Below are positions 12,646 to 22,489 of a stretch of DNA of 60,935 nt, piece by piece (positions within the stretch are counted from its first letter, which is position 1; each line of letters starts with the position of its first letter). A program made the position numbers and the translations under genes. The stretch lies in NCBI GenBank assembly GCA_032718475.1, contig JAUCBJ010005236.1, positions 1 to 60,935 of the forward strand, given 5' to 3'. The stretch is from Nemertoderma westbladi (Eukaryota; Animalia; Xenacoelomorpha). Below the pieces are notes generated by a model. The model worked only from the letters and a program-made list of their open reading frames with translations, was not told where the DNA came from and searched no databases.

Positions 12646-12893
12646 ACAGATCGGTCAGTCGGTTGCCCGACCTCGGTACTCAAACATACAGATTAATAAC
12701 ACACCTAACGGTAAGGTTTTTCACTTAAGGTGCCTAAAATAATAAATTAAATTTAATGCTACTTTTTATTATTCTGGTGGCACTGAGTGTTCTTCAGGCA
12801 GAGGATAATGTGGGCGAGTGTACCATATTGGGTATACCCCTCCAAACCATAAATGTGACAGTCAGTAATATTGATCGGCAGTGTCTAGCTCAC

Positions 12894-13055
12894 CTGTTGT
12901 GGAGGTTGGATACCGTTAACAACATCCATTAACTCATCGTGTTTCTTCTCGCTGACGTTGAAGGACTCTCTAATGTATTTATTGAGTTCATCATTGAAGA
13001 TACTTGCGTCGCCTATAACACTCCTCCCAACACGATGTTTTATGGTGTAAAGCAC
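12894..13055 (-). CDS. BAIAP3: Internal exon of BAIAP3/Munc13-4-family gene (VLYTIKHRVGRSVIGDASIFNDELNKYIRESFNVSEKKHDELMDVVNGIQPPQQ)
   Basis: Acceptor ttacAG and donor GTGAGC; 162 nt, phase 0/0. LYxExLYTIxHRxG ... YxxxxF-x6-H is the conserved pre-C2A segment of this family. Confidence 0.92.
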
Positions 13056-13162
13056 CTGTAATATGTAATAATTACCATTTCATTAAATACATTGTGTGTT
13101 TTTACTATATAATGAAAGTTAGTACGACAAATATACAGAGAGTATATAGAGAACTCGTGTAA

Positions 13163-14122
13163 AGGCCCGTTCACATCCAACGGAACGGTACACCGCGCGG
13201 TGTACCGCAGGGCCAGCGGTGCACCGCTGACTGTGAGCGACCCAACAGGTAGTTGTGCGCTAAACCGCGCGGTTTACCGCAGCCCATTTAAACAATGTTA
13301 AAACAATTAATGCAATTTCCTGTTGAATTCACAGTCGACAGATAGACAATCAGTTACCGCAACCGCAACGGTACCGTTGGGTGTGAACGTGCTCCGGGTA
13401 GTGTACCGCTGGCATACCGCTTCAATACCGCCAGACTACTTTACCGCTCACGTACCGTTGTGTGTGAACGGGCACCGGGTAGTGTACCGCTGGCATACCG
13501 CTTCAATACCGCCAGACTACTTTACCGCTTACGTACCGTTGGGTGTGAACGGGCACCGGGTAGTGTACCGCTGGCATACCGCTTCAATACCGCCAGACTA
13601 CTTTACCGCTCACGTACCGTTGGGTGTGAACGGGCACCGGGTAGTGTACCGCTGGCATACCGCTTCAATACCGCCAGACTACTTTACCGCTCACGTACCG
13701 TTGGGTGTGAACGGGCACCGGGTAGTGTACCGCTGGCATACCGCTTCAATACCGCCAGACTACTTTACCGCTCACGTACCGTTGGGTGTGAACGGGCACC
13801 GGGTAGTGTACCGCTGGCATACCGCTTCAATACCGCCAGACTACTTTACCGCTCACGTACCGTTGGGTGTGAACGGGCACCGGGTAGTGTACCGCTGGCA
13901 TACCGCTTCAATACCGCCAACTACTTTACCGCTCACGTACCGTTGGGTGTGAACGGGCACCGGGTAGTGTACCGCTGGCATACCGCTTCAATACCGCCAG
14001 ACTACTTTACCGCTCACGTACCGTTGTGTGTGAACGGGCTCCGGGTAGTGTACCGCTGGCATACCGCTTCAATACCGCCAGACTACTTTACCGCTCACGT
14101 ACCGTTGGGTGTGAACGGGGCT
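13163..14122. mobile_element. PIF/Harbinger-like non-autonomous element with TAA TSD
   Basis: TIRs AGGCCCGTTCACATCCAACGG and (rc) AGCCCCGTTCACACCCAACGG, with TAA at 13160-13162 and 14123-14125. Confidence 0.8.
13371..14120. repeat. 81-bp tandem array (about 9 copies) inside the Harbinger-like element
   Basis: Unit GTACCGTTGGGTGTGAACGGGCACCGGGTAGTGTACCGCTGGCATACCGCTTCAATACCGCCAGACTACTTTACCGCTCAC. Each unit carries the right-TIR sequence. Confidence 0.97.
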
Positions 14123-14760
14123 TAATGTATACATTATTTATTGGCTCCGTTATCATTTATTTTGCTCTCAAGTCGATTATATATAATTATGATATAATTT
14201 TCCAATTTTGTTAGATACTGTATGTTATCGTGCCAGTGTAGGCCTACGCAAACATCAAAATAGGAAATATAATTTAATTCGGTTTTTATTTAAATTGATT
14301 GAACTTCCAGTTGAAATTGAACATTATGAAAAGAAAACCCGGGATAATTTACTATAATTATTATTTTATTTCTATTAATTAATATTTTTTAAAGAGAATC
14401 AACACCCCATGTCGGTGTAAAATTTAATTTATACATTATACAGTTATACAGTAGCACAAAATAAAATAATAATTTATAATAAAATTGCTAGTTTATAATA
14501 TTAAATTCAAATTAGGTACTTATCTAATTAGTCGTTGTTTATTTAAACAAGGCAAGGTAAGTTGTAATACTGGGGGACAGAGGCGCAGTTGAATGTGTGT
14601 AGGCGATCGGCACAGTAACTACAAAGACATTATGACAATGTAAGCGGGTGGAATGGGGTGTCGGTGTGTTTGGTGCATAGTTTGTTGTGGAATCCATGGC
14701 TGGTAGATTAATGATGATGATGATGATATTTGTCTGTTGATTAATGTAGGAGCAACTTAC

Positions 14761-14877
14761 CTCAATATACAAGTTCTCTAAATCGATTTCCGATAGGCTG
14801 TCTTTATCAATTGGTTCTGATAAGTACTCTGCCCATTGGTTCCTAAAGTCATCACTCGGAGAAAGTGATGCGTCTTT
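14761..14877 (-). CDS. BAIAP3: Internal exon of BAIAP3/Munc13-4-family gene (KDASLSPSDDFRNQWAEYLSEPIDKDSLSEIDLENLYIE)
   Basis: Acceptor tttgcAG and donor GTAAGT; 117 nt, phase 0/0. It joins to give ENLYIEVLYTI. An alternative in-frame acceptor near 14938 cannot be excluded. Confidence 0.85.
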
Positions 14878-15314
14878 CTGCAAATTTCGTAAGTATTGTT
14901 TTATTTGGAAATTTAAAGAAGTATCATATAATTCATTCTAACCCGACTATATACTGAATAAATAATTAATTATGGACGTAGGAATTTTTTCTATGCCCAA
15001 CGCTTTTTCCCCCCTTCCTGTCTCGTCTGACTTCACGGTTATCCCCCTTCCTGTCTCATTATCTATAATTACATCCGTTTTCACTTTAACATAACGTTCT
15101 ACAACTAATAATGGTGTTGACAATTAATAAGGAATACCAAGAGTTGCTTCTAAATAGCTAGAATTAGGTTCTAACAAAGCTACTCCAGTTATTTACTTTA
15201 GAAGTTCCACCTAATTAGAAGTTTCCAAATTGGTTTTAAAGCAACAAACCCTTATTACCCTATTAATAATCAGCTGATTTTGTATTTGTGTATCCAAACA
15301 CACGCCACAGATAA

Positions 15315-15911
15315 TGTGACGGGATCCTAGAGTTGGCGAGGAAATCCCGACCGGTGTGTTTTGCGTTTCGGAAAGTACGCGTCGCCGCTTCCGTTAGCTG
15401 CTGAAAGGCTTGTGGTATCTGAAAGGCCGGAGGCCGATAGAATAACTGAGTTTTTAGTGGCAGTTGTTTGTAATGTGTGAATACAATAATAGCACGGTTA
15501 ACGACGACGACGACGGTCTAAACCGTCTTGCTTCCACAACTCTACATAAACCAATGAACAACAGGTAATAAAGGCAACGGTTATATTACTAACACATATG
15601 GAATATTGCTACTTGGTACTTGGCCTGGCCAATGGATGCATCCCAATCAGATGGCTTTCTGCCCCACCATTGGCTAATATATTCTTCCCTCCCTTGGCAC
15701 TCCCTGTTCTCTGATACCCACGTGCTAGCTTCCTTCGTCCCCCTGAGATGGCCTATAGCCTCTCATCTCTACTTGTGGCTGGCAATGTATATTGCCTCTG
15801 TTGGTTGGTAGGTGACATTATATTGGTAATGTCACCTAGCCAACTGTAATTGGTAAAAAGCCACTTTCCCCATTTTCCGTTAGGTGGTGCAGCGAATTGG
15901 ATCCGCTTACA
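15315..15911. mobile_element. Solo LTR, 597 bp, with 5-bp TSD
   Basis: Starts TGTGACGGGATCC and ends GGATCCGCTTACA (imperfect terminal inverted repeat, TG...CA). It is flanked by GATAA at 15310-15314 and 15912-15916 and contains several CCAAT motifs. Confidence 0.78.
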
Positions 15912-16047
15912 GATAAGCATGTACAATCAAATAAATTTGTCATCACTAGATTTGATACATGCTCAGCTGCTGATGATAATGATTAAAAATTAAACATAAT
16001 AAATCACTTAGTATAAAAACTGACAATCATTAGAGATTAATACTCAC

Positions 16048-16135
16048 AATAGCAACCTTCCTTTGCCTTCGATTCTGAGCTTTTAACCCCAAAGCAGACA
16101 AATTTTCGAAAAAGTTCCCATCGATTTCTTGAACT
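16048..16135 (-). CDS. BAIAP3: Internal exon of BAIAP3/Munc13-4-family gene (VQEIDGNFFENLSALGLKAQNRRQRKVAI)
   Basis: Acceptor tttgcAG and donor GTGAGT; 88 nt, phase 2/0. DGxFFE...AL...NRR resembles the N-terminal motif I recall from invertebrate family members. Confidence 0.85.
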
Positions 16136-16397
16136 CTGCAAATATGTAAGTGAAAATTAAATATTGCAAATTCTAGGTTTCTAATTGGTTATTTATTTGG
16201 TACACAAGTGCCCTTACTACTACAAAACTCACACAACTGTCCAGTTATATTTAGAGCACACATATAATAAGTATTCATTATCTGACCACCATTGACATGG
16301 CCGCCATCAGGCCCCAGCATGGGGTTTGTCACTCCTTTGTGCTGGTAATATTATTGATTCAACTTCTATGTGAATGTCCTACAACAATTTATTGAAA

Positions 16398-16574
16398 CTA
16401 AGTCGCAATAGAGTTAAAATTACTAAGACGAGTTGGTAGAATGTTGAAACCATAATAAAATGAGTTTACAGTGCAAGTACGGACGTTTCGTTATTTACTA
16501 ATAACATCATCAGCGTAAATAGTCTTAGTAATTTTAACTCTATTGCGACTTAGATTCCCTCCTGGGACCTCTTT
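16398..16574 (-). mobile_element. 177-bp Penelope/retrozyme-like mini-insertion with internal inverted repeat and hammerhead
   Basis: Perfect 32-bp inverted repeat at 16398-16429 / 16522-16553. A flanking direct repeat AATTTATTGAAA lies at 16386-16397 and 16575-16586. Confidence 0.72.
16478..16517 (-). ncRNA. Minimal type I hammerhead ribozyme
   Basis: The minus strand reads TACG CTGATGA T GTTAT tagtaa ATAAC GAAAC GTC CGTA. This gives an intact core (CUGAUGA, GAAA, GUC), stem I TACG/CGTA, stem II GTTAT/ATAAC and a palindromic minimal stem III. Confidence 0.82.
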
Positions 16575-16589
16575 AATTTATTGAAAATC

Positions 16590-16846
16590 TAAGTAAAGTA
16601 AGGAAGTAAAGTAAGTAAGTAAAGCAAGTTAAAGCTATCGCTGGACGTGTAAAACACGAAATACCGGAGGCTCTTGGGTGTTACCTATCATAAAAATCAT
16701 ACCCTTTTTCTTTATTCCACCAGCAGAAGCCATGTTCTCATACTGCCAGGTTGGCGCATCAAATTTTAACTTCCTCGTCGCGGAATCGAACCCGGGATCT
16801 CCCTGTAGAAGCAGAGCGAGTGACCACTCCACCAACTGGAGTGCCC
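16590..16846 (-). mobile_element. tRNA-derived SINE with (TTAC)n-type tail
   Basis: A box TGGTGGAGTGG, B box GGTTCGATTCC, a body of about 150 bp, and a degenerate TTACTT repeat tail at 16590-16635. Confidence 0.78.
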
Positions 16847-17899
16847 ATTTAATGTGAATTCAAATTCGTTTAATGTACTCCGTTGAGGGATCGAGATAGT
16901 GCTACCCAATTAAGCAAGCGGATCTCTATGAATTATATCTAGGCTTCTCTTTCTGATCTTATTCTTGTTTTTTGTTATCGGAACTTGAAACTTTTTCCAC
17001 TCAAATGACACACTTACTCGACCGCCAAATAATTTGATCATACAATGATATTGACAAATAACTTTAATGAATAACTAGCTGATACCTGGCTGAAGGTAGA
17101 AGTTTTGGAATACACTTTTTGTAGTACAAGATGGCGACGACGCCCTGCCTACTCTAAACAAGATAGAACATACTTGAAACAGGACAACAATGACTACGCA
17201 CTCCTTAGGATTATAAATTATTGCGGCACTCGCATTACGGCACGCCTTACATTCGTAGAGTTTCCCGAGAAAATCAATCGAATTATATTTGAAACCTTCT
17301 GTGTAGAGAGAACCTCCTACTGATCTCTTATAAATATGTTGCCATTGTTCGAAACGGGTCACTCTATATAACACAACGGCCTCACTCATACTATATTACT
17401 CGCCGTTCAACTACAAGGTGTGATATAACGAACATCATCTGATTCGACTAAAAACAACGTATAACGAGAGACTGTCAGCAACCAACTACCTGGTCAAAAA
17501 TGCCTTGAGTAAAAAAATATTTGTGTAATTTAGATAAAATTAAAAATATATAAACAGCGAGGAAAAATAATGCGATTGGAATTTGATCAAGGTCATTGAC
17601 AAATAAGTTGAATTGATTACTTATTTGGATAGTTGAAGTTGAATTAAGAAATTCTTGGGTCATTATGAAAATTCATACGAGATATTAAAAATTTTCAGCA
17701 ACACAGGCCAAAGTAGTACGTAGAAAATTAATAGTTATTTTAGTATTAATTTTAAGATTTTTTATTTTTTTTAAATATGTTTACATTCGTTTTTATTTTA
17801 ATTTAGGTAAATTATTAATTATTAATTCTGTTTCTAAATGGTAGACTATAAATTGAATGACTCGAGATCAATTCAAGCTGCGCTAGTGGTAGTGGATCA

Positions 17900-18921
17900 T
17901 CCAGAATATCAAAGAGCCCACAGGTGTTGCTTGAATCTACTGTACCGAGGATGGATGCCGCAGGTGTTGCTTGAGTCTACTGTACCGAGGATGGAGGCAG
18001 CAGGTCTTGCTTGAGTCTACTGTACCGAGGATGGAGGCAGCATTTCCCTTTCCCATCAAGATCGCAATAAGGAGCCACTGAAGGAGGAAGCGATGGGAGC
18101 AAGGCTCTTTTGTGGCATTGTGGAGCATCTTCCGAGATCTTTCAGGAAGGAAGTTATAGCAGGACCGGCTCGGCTACTGGTGTGAAATGATAGCCACGAT
18201 CAATTAGTTCTTTGTATTTTCGTGTTTTAGACTTCTCTTGCTCCTCAGCAACGCTGCCCCCTGCTGATTGGCTGGTGACTTGGTGGCTATGTGCGAGGGG
18301 GTCTGCTACAGTGGCGTCCCAGGTAAGAGTCTTCCCTTGCTCCCAAGGTACTAAGATAATCCCATCCACCCGTTTCCCATCTCCCCTAAAGACCAGGTTG
18401 TTCTAATAAGGATGGAATATTGCAACTGGCTAAACCCCGTTTGACAATCTCATTCATCATAGAGTGGCGGGCGAATCGGCCGGCACTCTTCTGACAAAAG
18501 AGACCATGACGTAACCCATCCGCGTGAACTTGGTTACCATACCTGGCGCAGATACGGGGCTCTGTAATGGTGCAGCCAAGGCGAGTAGCGACGGAGATGC
18601 GGAACTGAGCATCAGATAACTTTAGTCCGAGTGAGCTGCATGGTAAAGCATCAACCCAACAACCAGCCATAGGATCCTCCACTGAGTTTAGCCGGGAAAT
18701 GTCAGATGGTTTGGCATTCTTCCGTAGTGTTTCCATATTATATTCATGGATCAGTTGGGTCCAAGCGCTCTGATAGTGAGAATCTGGGGGCACCGAATCA
18801 GGGCCAACAGTAGATGTCCAAAACTCCAGGGCACGTGATAGAGCAGGATCCAGAGAAGTGCTCTTTATTCCTGAAGGGAGAAGGCGGTTTGACAGTGTGG
18901 AGCAGGCAGCCGCAGGAGCCA
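17900..18921 (-). mobile_element. Degenerate 3' fragment of CRE-clade non-LTR retrotransposon (Zn knuckle plus restriction-like endonuclease)
   Basis: Frameshifted pieces: AGCWVDALPCSSLGLKLSDAQFRISVATRLG, HGLFC-x7-ARH, DGKRVDGIILVPWEQGKTLTWDATV, KTRKYKEL and GNAASILGT. A short tandem duplication lies at the 3' end. Confidence 0.85.
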
Positions 18922-19134
18922 AATTATATAAATTATTAAGTAATTTAAACAGGGGAGTTAGGACGATCCAACTGCAGCAAAGGGAATGGAAAAAATGAAT
19001 TAGCCGGAGTGAAAACGAATCGAGAGACGCGGGTTCGATCCCCGCTGGTGGCGAATTATCTTTTTCCGCTCCATTTGCTATACAGTTGGATCATCCTAAG
19101 TCCTCTGTTTAAATTACTTGATAATTTATACAAT
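18922..19134 (+). mobile_element. Fold-back element with tRNA-like B box in the loop
   Basis: Imperfect inverted arms of about 85 bp (18922-19006 / 19049-19134) around GCGGGTTCGATCCCCGC. Confidence 0.6.
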
Positions 19135-19887
19135 CTATGGATGTTAAAACATATAAAAATAAATTTAGTATTAATTGTATTGATATTTTTATTAAATTAT
19201 TATTTCACAGATTTCAATAAAATAAAAATTGGTTAAAAACTAGTAAGAAATAAATTACATTTAGGGTTTATTACGTTTATATTTCTGTACCATTTGTTTT
19301 TGGTGTTTGGATATATTTTTATGGATTAACAATAATTAATACTAGATTCTAGTTTAGCATCGTTTTTATGCATCTGAAGCAAAAAATTATCATAGATTTA
19401 ATCCAACGATGGTGTGGGAGTATAGTTCTTGGGGACCGAATACCGTAAGTAATCCCGGGCCTAATAGCCGAAAAAAATTAAAACAATTTGTCTGTCGACA
19501 TTAGTATTCAATAAGCAGTCACGCTACTCCCTCGGAATTTTTAATAATGAATTCAAGAATACGATTTTTTAATCGGGCGACATATTTAAGTGTGCCTACT
19601 GTACTGTACCAAGAGCTAAACATGTTCTACAAATCTGTCGTGAAATCTCTCAAAGGTTTTTCTGCGATAATCGAATAAATTTAATTTTTACTTGTTATTT
19701 ATGACCTCAAGCATTCTCTGCAGAATTTTGGAAATATTTTATGTTGTCCAGAAAGTCATTCTATATTTCTATGGACTCTAAGATTGGGTGAAAATTGTTT
19801 TTGTGTTACTAAACATCTTCTGGGCTGTTTAAGAATAGCCAAACCAAATAATTTTAAAATTGACTCCAAATGACACTGTAATGGCCT

Positions 19888-20630
19888 GTTTCAGTGTCAG
19901 CCCCCAGTTTCAGTGACCACAGAGGGCGTTCATGTATCCTTCCTCGCCTCATCAGTTCCGGTCATTCTAGAACTCTTTACGACAACAGCTTATGTGTAAT
20001 GGGACCGAGATTATATAATACTCTTCCACGGGAACTTCGAGATACTTCAGTTTGCAACACAGATAGCTTTAAACGTAGATTAGACCAATATCTTATAAAT
20101 GTCCCAGATCAACCGGGTTGCCATGGATACACGGCCGCAAGATGTTATAATTCTAACTCCCTCGTCGACATTATTCCAAGGCTTAATAAATAAAATCTAA
20201 ATCACGCATTTAACATGAAATTAATTGAATATTGCTAACCTTGAATACGTATTTATATTTTTACTTTTTACTCTCAAATCATATGTATATATATTTATAA
20301 TTCCATTACCATTTTTAGTCCATCTTACAGTATATAATTAATATTATAATACATCTTTTTTACTCTCACATCATATGAATGAATATTTATTTATTTTCTA
20401 ATTCTTTAGTGACTTTTATATTTAATTAAATAAAATTGTATCTATTGACAAAATAATGTACATTCTATTTAGTTTACCATATTGCACAGTAAATCGTTTC
20501 ATTTAATGTTATACGTTGATAAATTATTTAATTGTTTTGTATTATCAATTTACTGAATTCCGTTTAGGTGTGCTCTACGAGTTCTCCTTAGTATGGTAAT
20601 TTTAACCTTAAAAGTATACAAGAATACAAG
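19888..20630 (+). mobile_element. 5'-truncated CR1-like LINE 3' end with 8-bp TSD
   Basis: ORF 19894-20193 contains GPRLYNTLP-x-ELR ... FKRRLDQYL-x2-VPDQP ... NSNSL. An AT-rich 3' UTR ends in (TACAAGAA)2. AATGGCCT occurs at 19880-19887 and 20631-20638. Confidence 0.8.
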
Positions 20631-21130
20631 AATGGCCTTTTGCGCCAAAAGCTATTTCTTCACTAAATATTATTTGAGTTTGACGAATTTTGGTATATAA
20701 GTTCAGAAGACCCTTGGATCAAATTTTCTTACTGAACGCTTTTCGCTAAAAATGGACTGTGGCCATTTTAAAACTGAAACTACTTTTTTTTTTATCAAAA
20801 AGGGTCCTGATCATTTTTAGCTCGAGAAAACATATGAGAAAGCTGCACGCAGATATGAAATCTCCATTAAATTCGGTACATGATAGGATTAAAATCTTTT
20901 CGACAATTTCCCAAATAGGGGTGGGGGGGGGGGGGGGGGGATACTACACCTCCCCCCCCCCCTAACTATTTCCTACATTGGTGTGCGAATATTATACCGT
21001 GAGTCCAAGTTAAATTCAGTCATATTTTATTTAACACATAAAACTAGAAGTTAAAATAGCAAAGCTGTGGCGAATATTTTTTAATTTGTGTCGCTTTTGC
21101 TTCGGGGGCATGATTCGTGTGTACCAGTGT

Positions 21131-21489
21131 ACCTACGTGGGTTGTTTGTGTGTATCCACGTGGGTAGTGTTTACCCACGTGGGTAGTGGTTACCCACGTG
21201 GGTAGTGTTTACCCACGTGGGTAGTGTTTACCCACGTGGGTAGTGTTTACCCACGTGGGTAGTGTGTACCCACGTGGGTAGTGTGTACCCACGTGGGTAG
21301 TCTGTACCCACGTGGGTAGTGTGTACCCACGTGGGTAGTGTGTACCCACGTGGGTAGTGTGTACCCACGTGGGTAGTGTGTACCCACGTGGGTAGTGTGT
21401 ACCCACGTGGGTAGTGTGTACCCACGTGGGTAGTGTGTACCCACGTGGGTAGTGTGTACCCACGTGGGTAGTGTTTACCCACGTGGGTT
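21131..21489. repeat. Minisatellite, 19-bp unit ACCCACGTGGGTAGTGTGT (about 18 copies), each with palindrome TACCCACGTGGGTA
   Basis: Directly visible. On the gene strand it begins about 17 bp after the donor of the 21507-21829 exon. Confidence 0.97.
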
Positions 21490-21506
21490 GTTTTCTGTTT
21501 ACCCAC

Positions 21507-21829
21507 TTTTTATTAACTGCCCCTCGAAATCTCGCCAAACTGCTCTGCTTTCTTGACGGCAACGTCATCTTTACGACGTTCCCTTCCACTTCATCATGAT
21601 TTCCTCTCTCGACCACAACAAACTCCACTTCATCTTCTGCGGAGGTGTCTCTATGACTGCTGGCGGTGGTGTCTTTATGACTACTGGTAGTTGTTATTCT
21701 GGAAGGCGATGCAGGACTTTCTTCTGAAGACCACCACCATGACGACAGTAAACCTTTCGATATCGTCTCTGAGGATGTTTTTAGACCTCTTGACAGACTT
21801 TCTGTCGAAGTTTGTAAATAACGCCACAT
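21507..21829 (-). CDS. Candidate first coding exon (isoform A) of the BAIAP3-family gene, Ser/Thr-rich N-terminus MWRYLQTS...RGAVNKK
   Basis: ATG-initiated 107 codons with GC content above background. Donor AA|GTGGGT gives phase 2, matching the 16135 exon. A good acceptor (ttattctcAG) lies at 21929-21928, upstream of the ATG. No homology support. Confidence 0.65.
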
Positions 21830-22481
21830 ATGAAGGCTTATAATTAATTAATTTCTATATTTTTTAGTAATGCTTCGATCTTTTAAATTGTTAAATACAA
21901 CATCATCGTAAATCTTAATCACTGAATCTGAGAATAATAAAATACATAGTTGATTTGTTGTCCATCAAATACTAAGATTATTAACACCACCAAATATTAT
22001 ATTCCTGCAGTGGAATACACTATCTATTCTAATATCCCAGGGAGGGGGAATTTCGAAAAGGGATTCATAAAGATATTATATAGTATGGAGATTTTAAATA
22101 TGGTTGTTTAGTGATGAAACAATAATAAATCACTGGAAATATTACTCATAATTTAACACTAAACATGTAAAATTTTATAGTAGAAAACAGTTGAAATGAA
22201 TTAACTTGTGAAACTTTTATGAAATATTGCTTACAGAACAAAAATTAAATTTTAGTTACTATATAATCTGGTGCATGTAGTTCAACTAATCTCGGATTAA
22301 ATGTTTAAATGACAAAATCCTGAGTTGCGAATCATTCATTGTGGGTAGAGTATCTGAATTACACGAGTCAGAAAATATCAGATAAATATACTCGCTCATC
22401 TAACCATTCACACTGCTCCTCGAGGTCAAAGTGCATCTATATAGTCATTTAGTTATAAAAGATTAATATAGTGTGACTTGG

Positions 22482-22489
22482 TGACGTCA
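22482..22489. promoter_or_regulatory. Palindromic CRE (TGACGTCA) with a minus-strand TATA-like TATATAG about 40 bp downstream
   Basis: Motif match upstream of the 21927 acceptor, with a possible donor GTAAGC at 22234. Motif evidence only. Confidence 0.3.

Larger units (their letters stand above)
10465..12750 (-). mobile_element. 5'-truncated Penelope-like element (GIY-YIG end) bounded by 37-bp inverted repeats and split by an RTE insertion
   Basis: Inverted repeats at 10483-10519 and 12697-12733 (33/37 identical), with a (TAAA)n-like tail on the minus strand. The Penelope-type linker FEYRGRATD lies at about 12659-12685 and continues as TDLFVRK at about 11210. Confidence 0.8.

Noticed and set aside
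11250-12683. Reading the RT ORF as a complete 477-aa gene starting MSTEVGQ
   Set aside because: The start is a TTG outside the TSD, within Penelope-derived sequence. The element is 5'-truncated and lacks its APE domain.
13323-14214. Repeat proteins (VVYRWHTASIPPDY)n and (CERAPGSVPLAY)n
   Set aside because: Translations of the 81-bp array inside a MITE.
17075-17389. Possible FLYWCH-like fragment (RSVGGSLYTEGFKYN...LYECKAC)
   Set aside because: It lacks the conserved W and terminal HxH, and no transposase or TIRs are nearby. Too weak to call.
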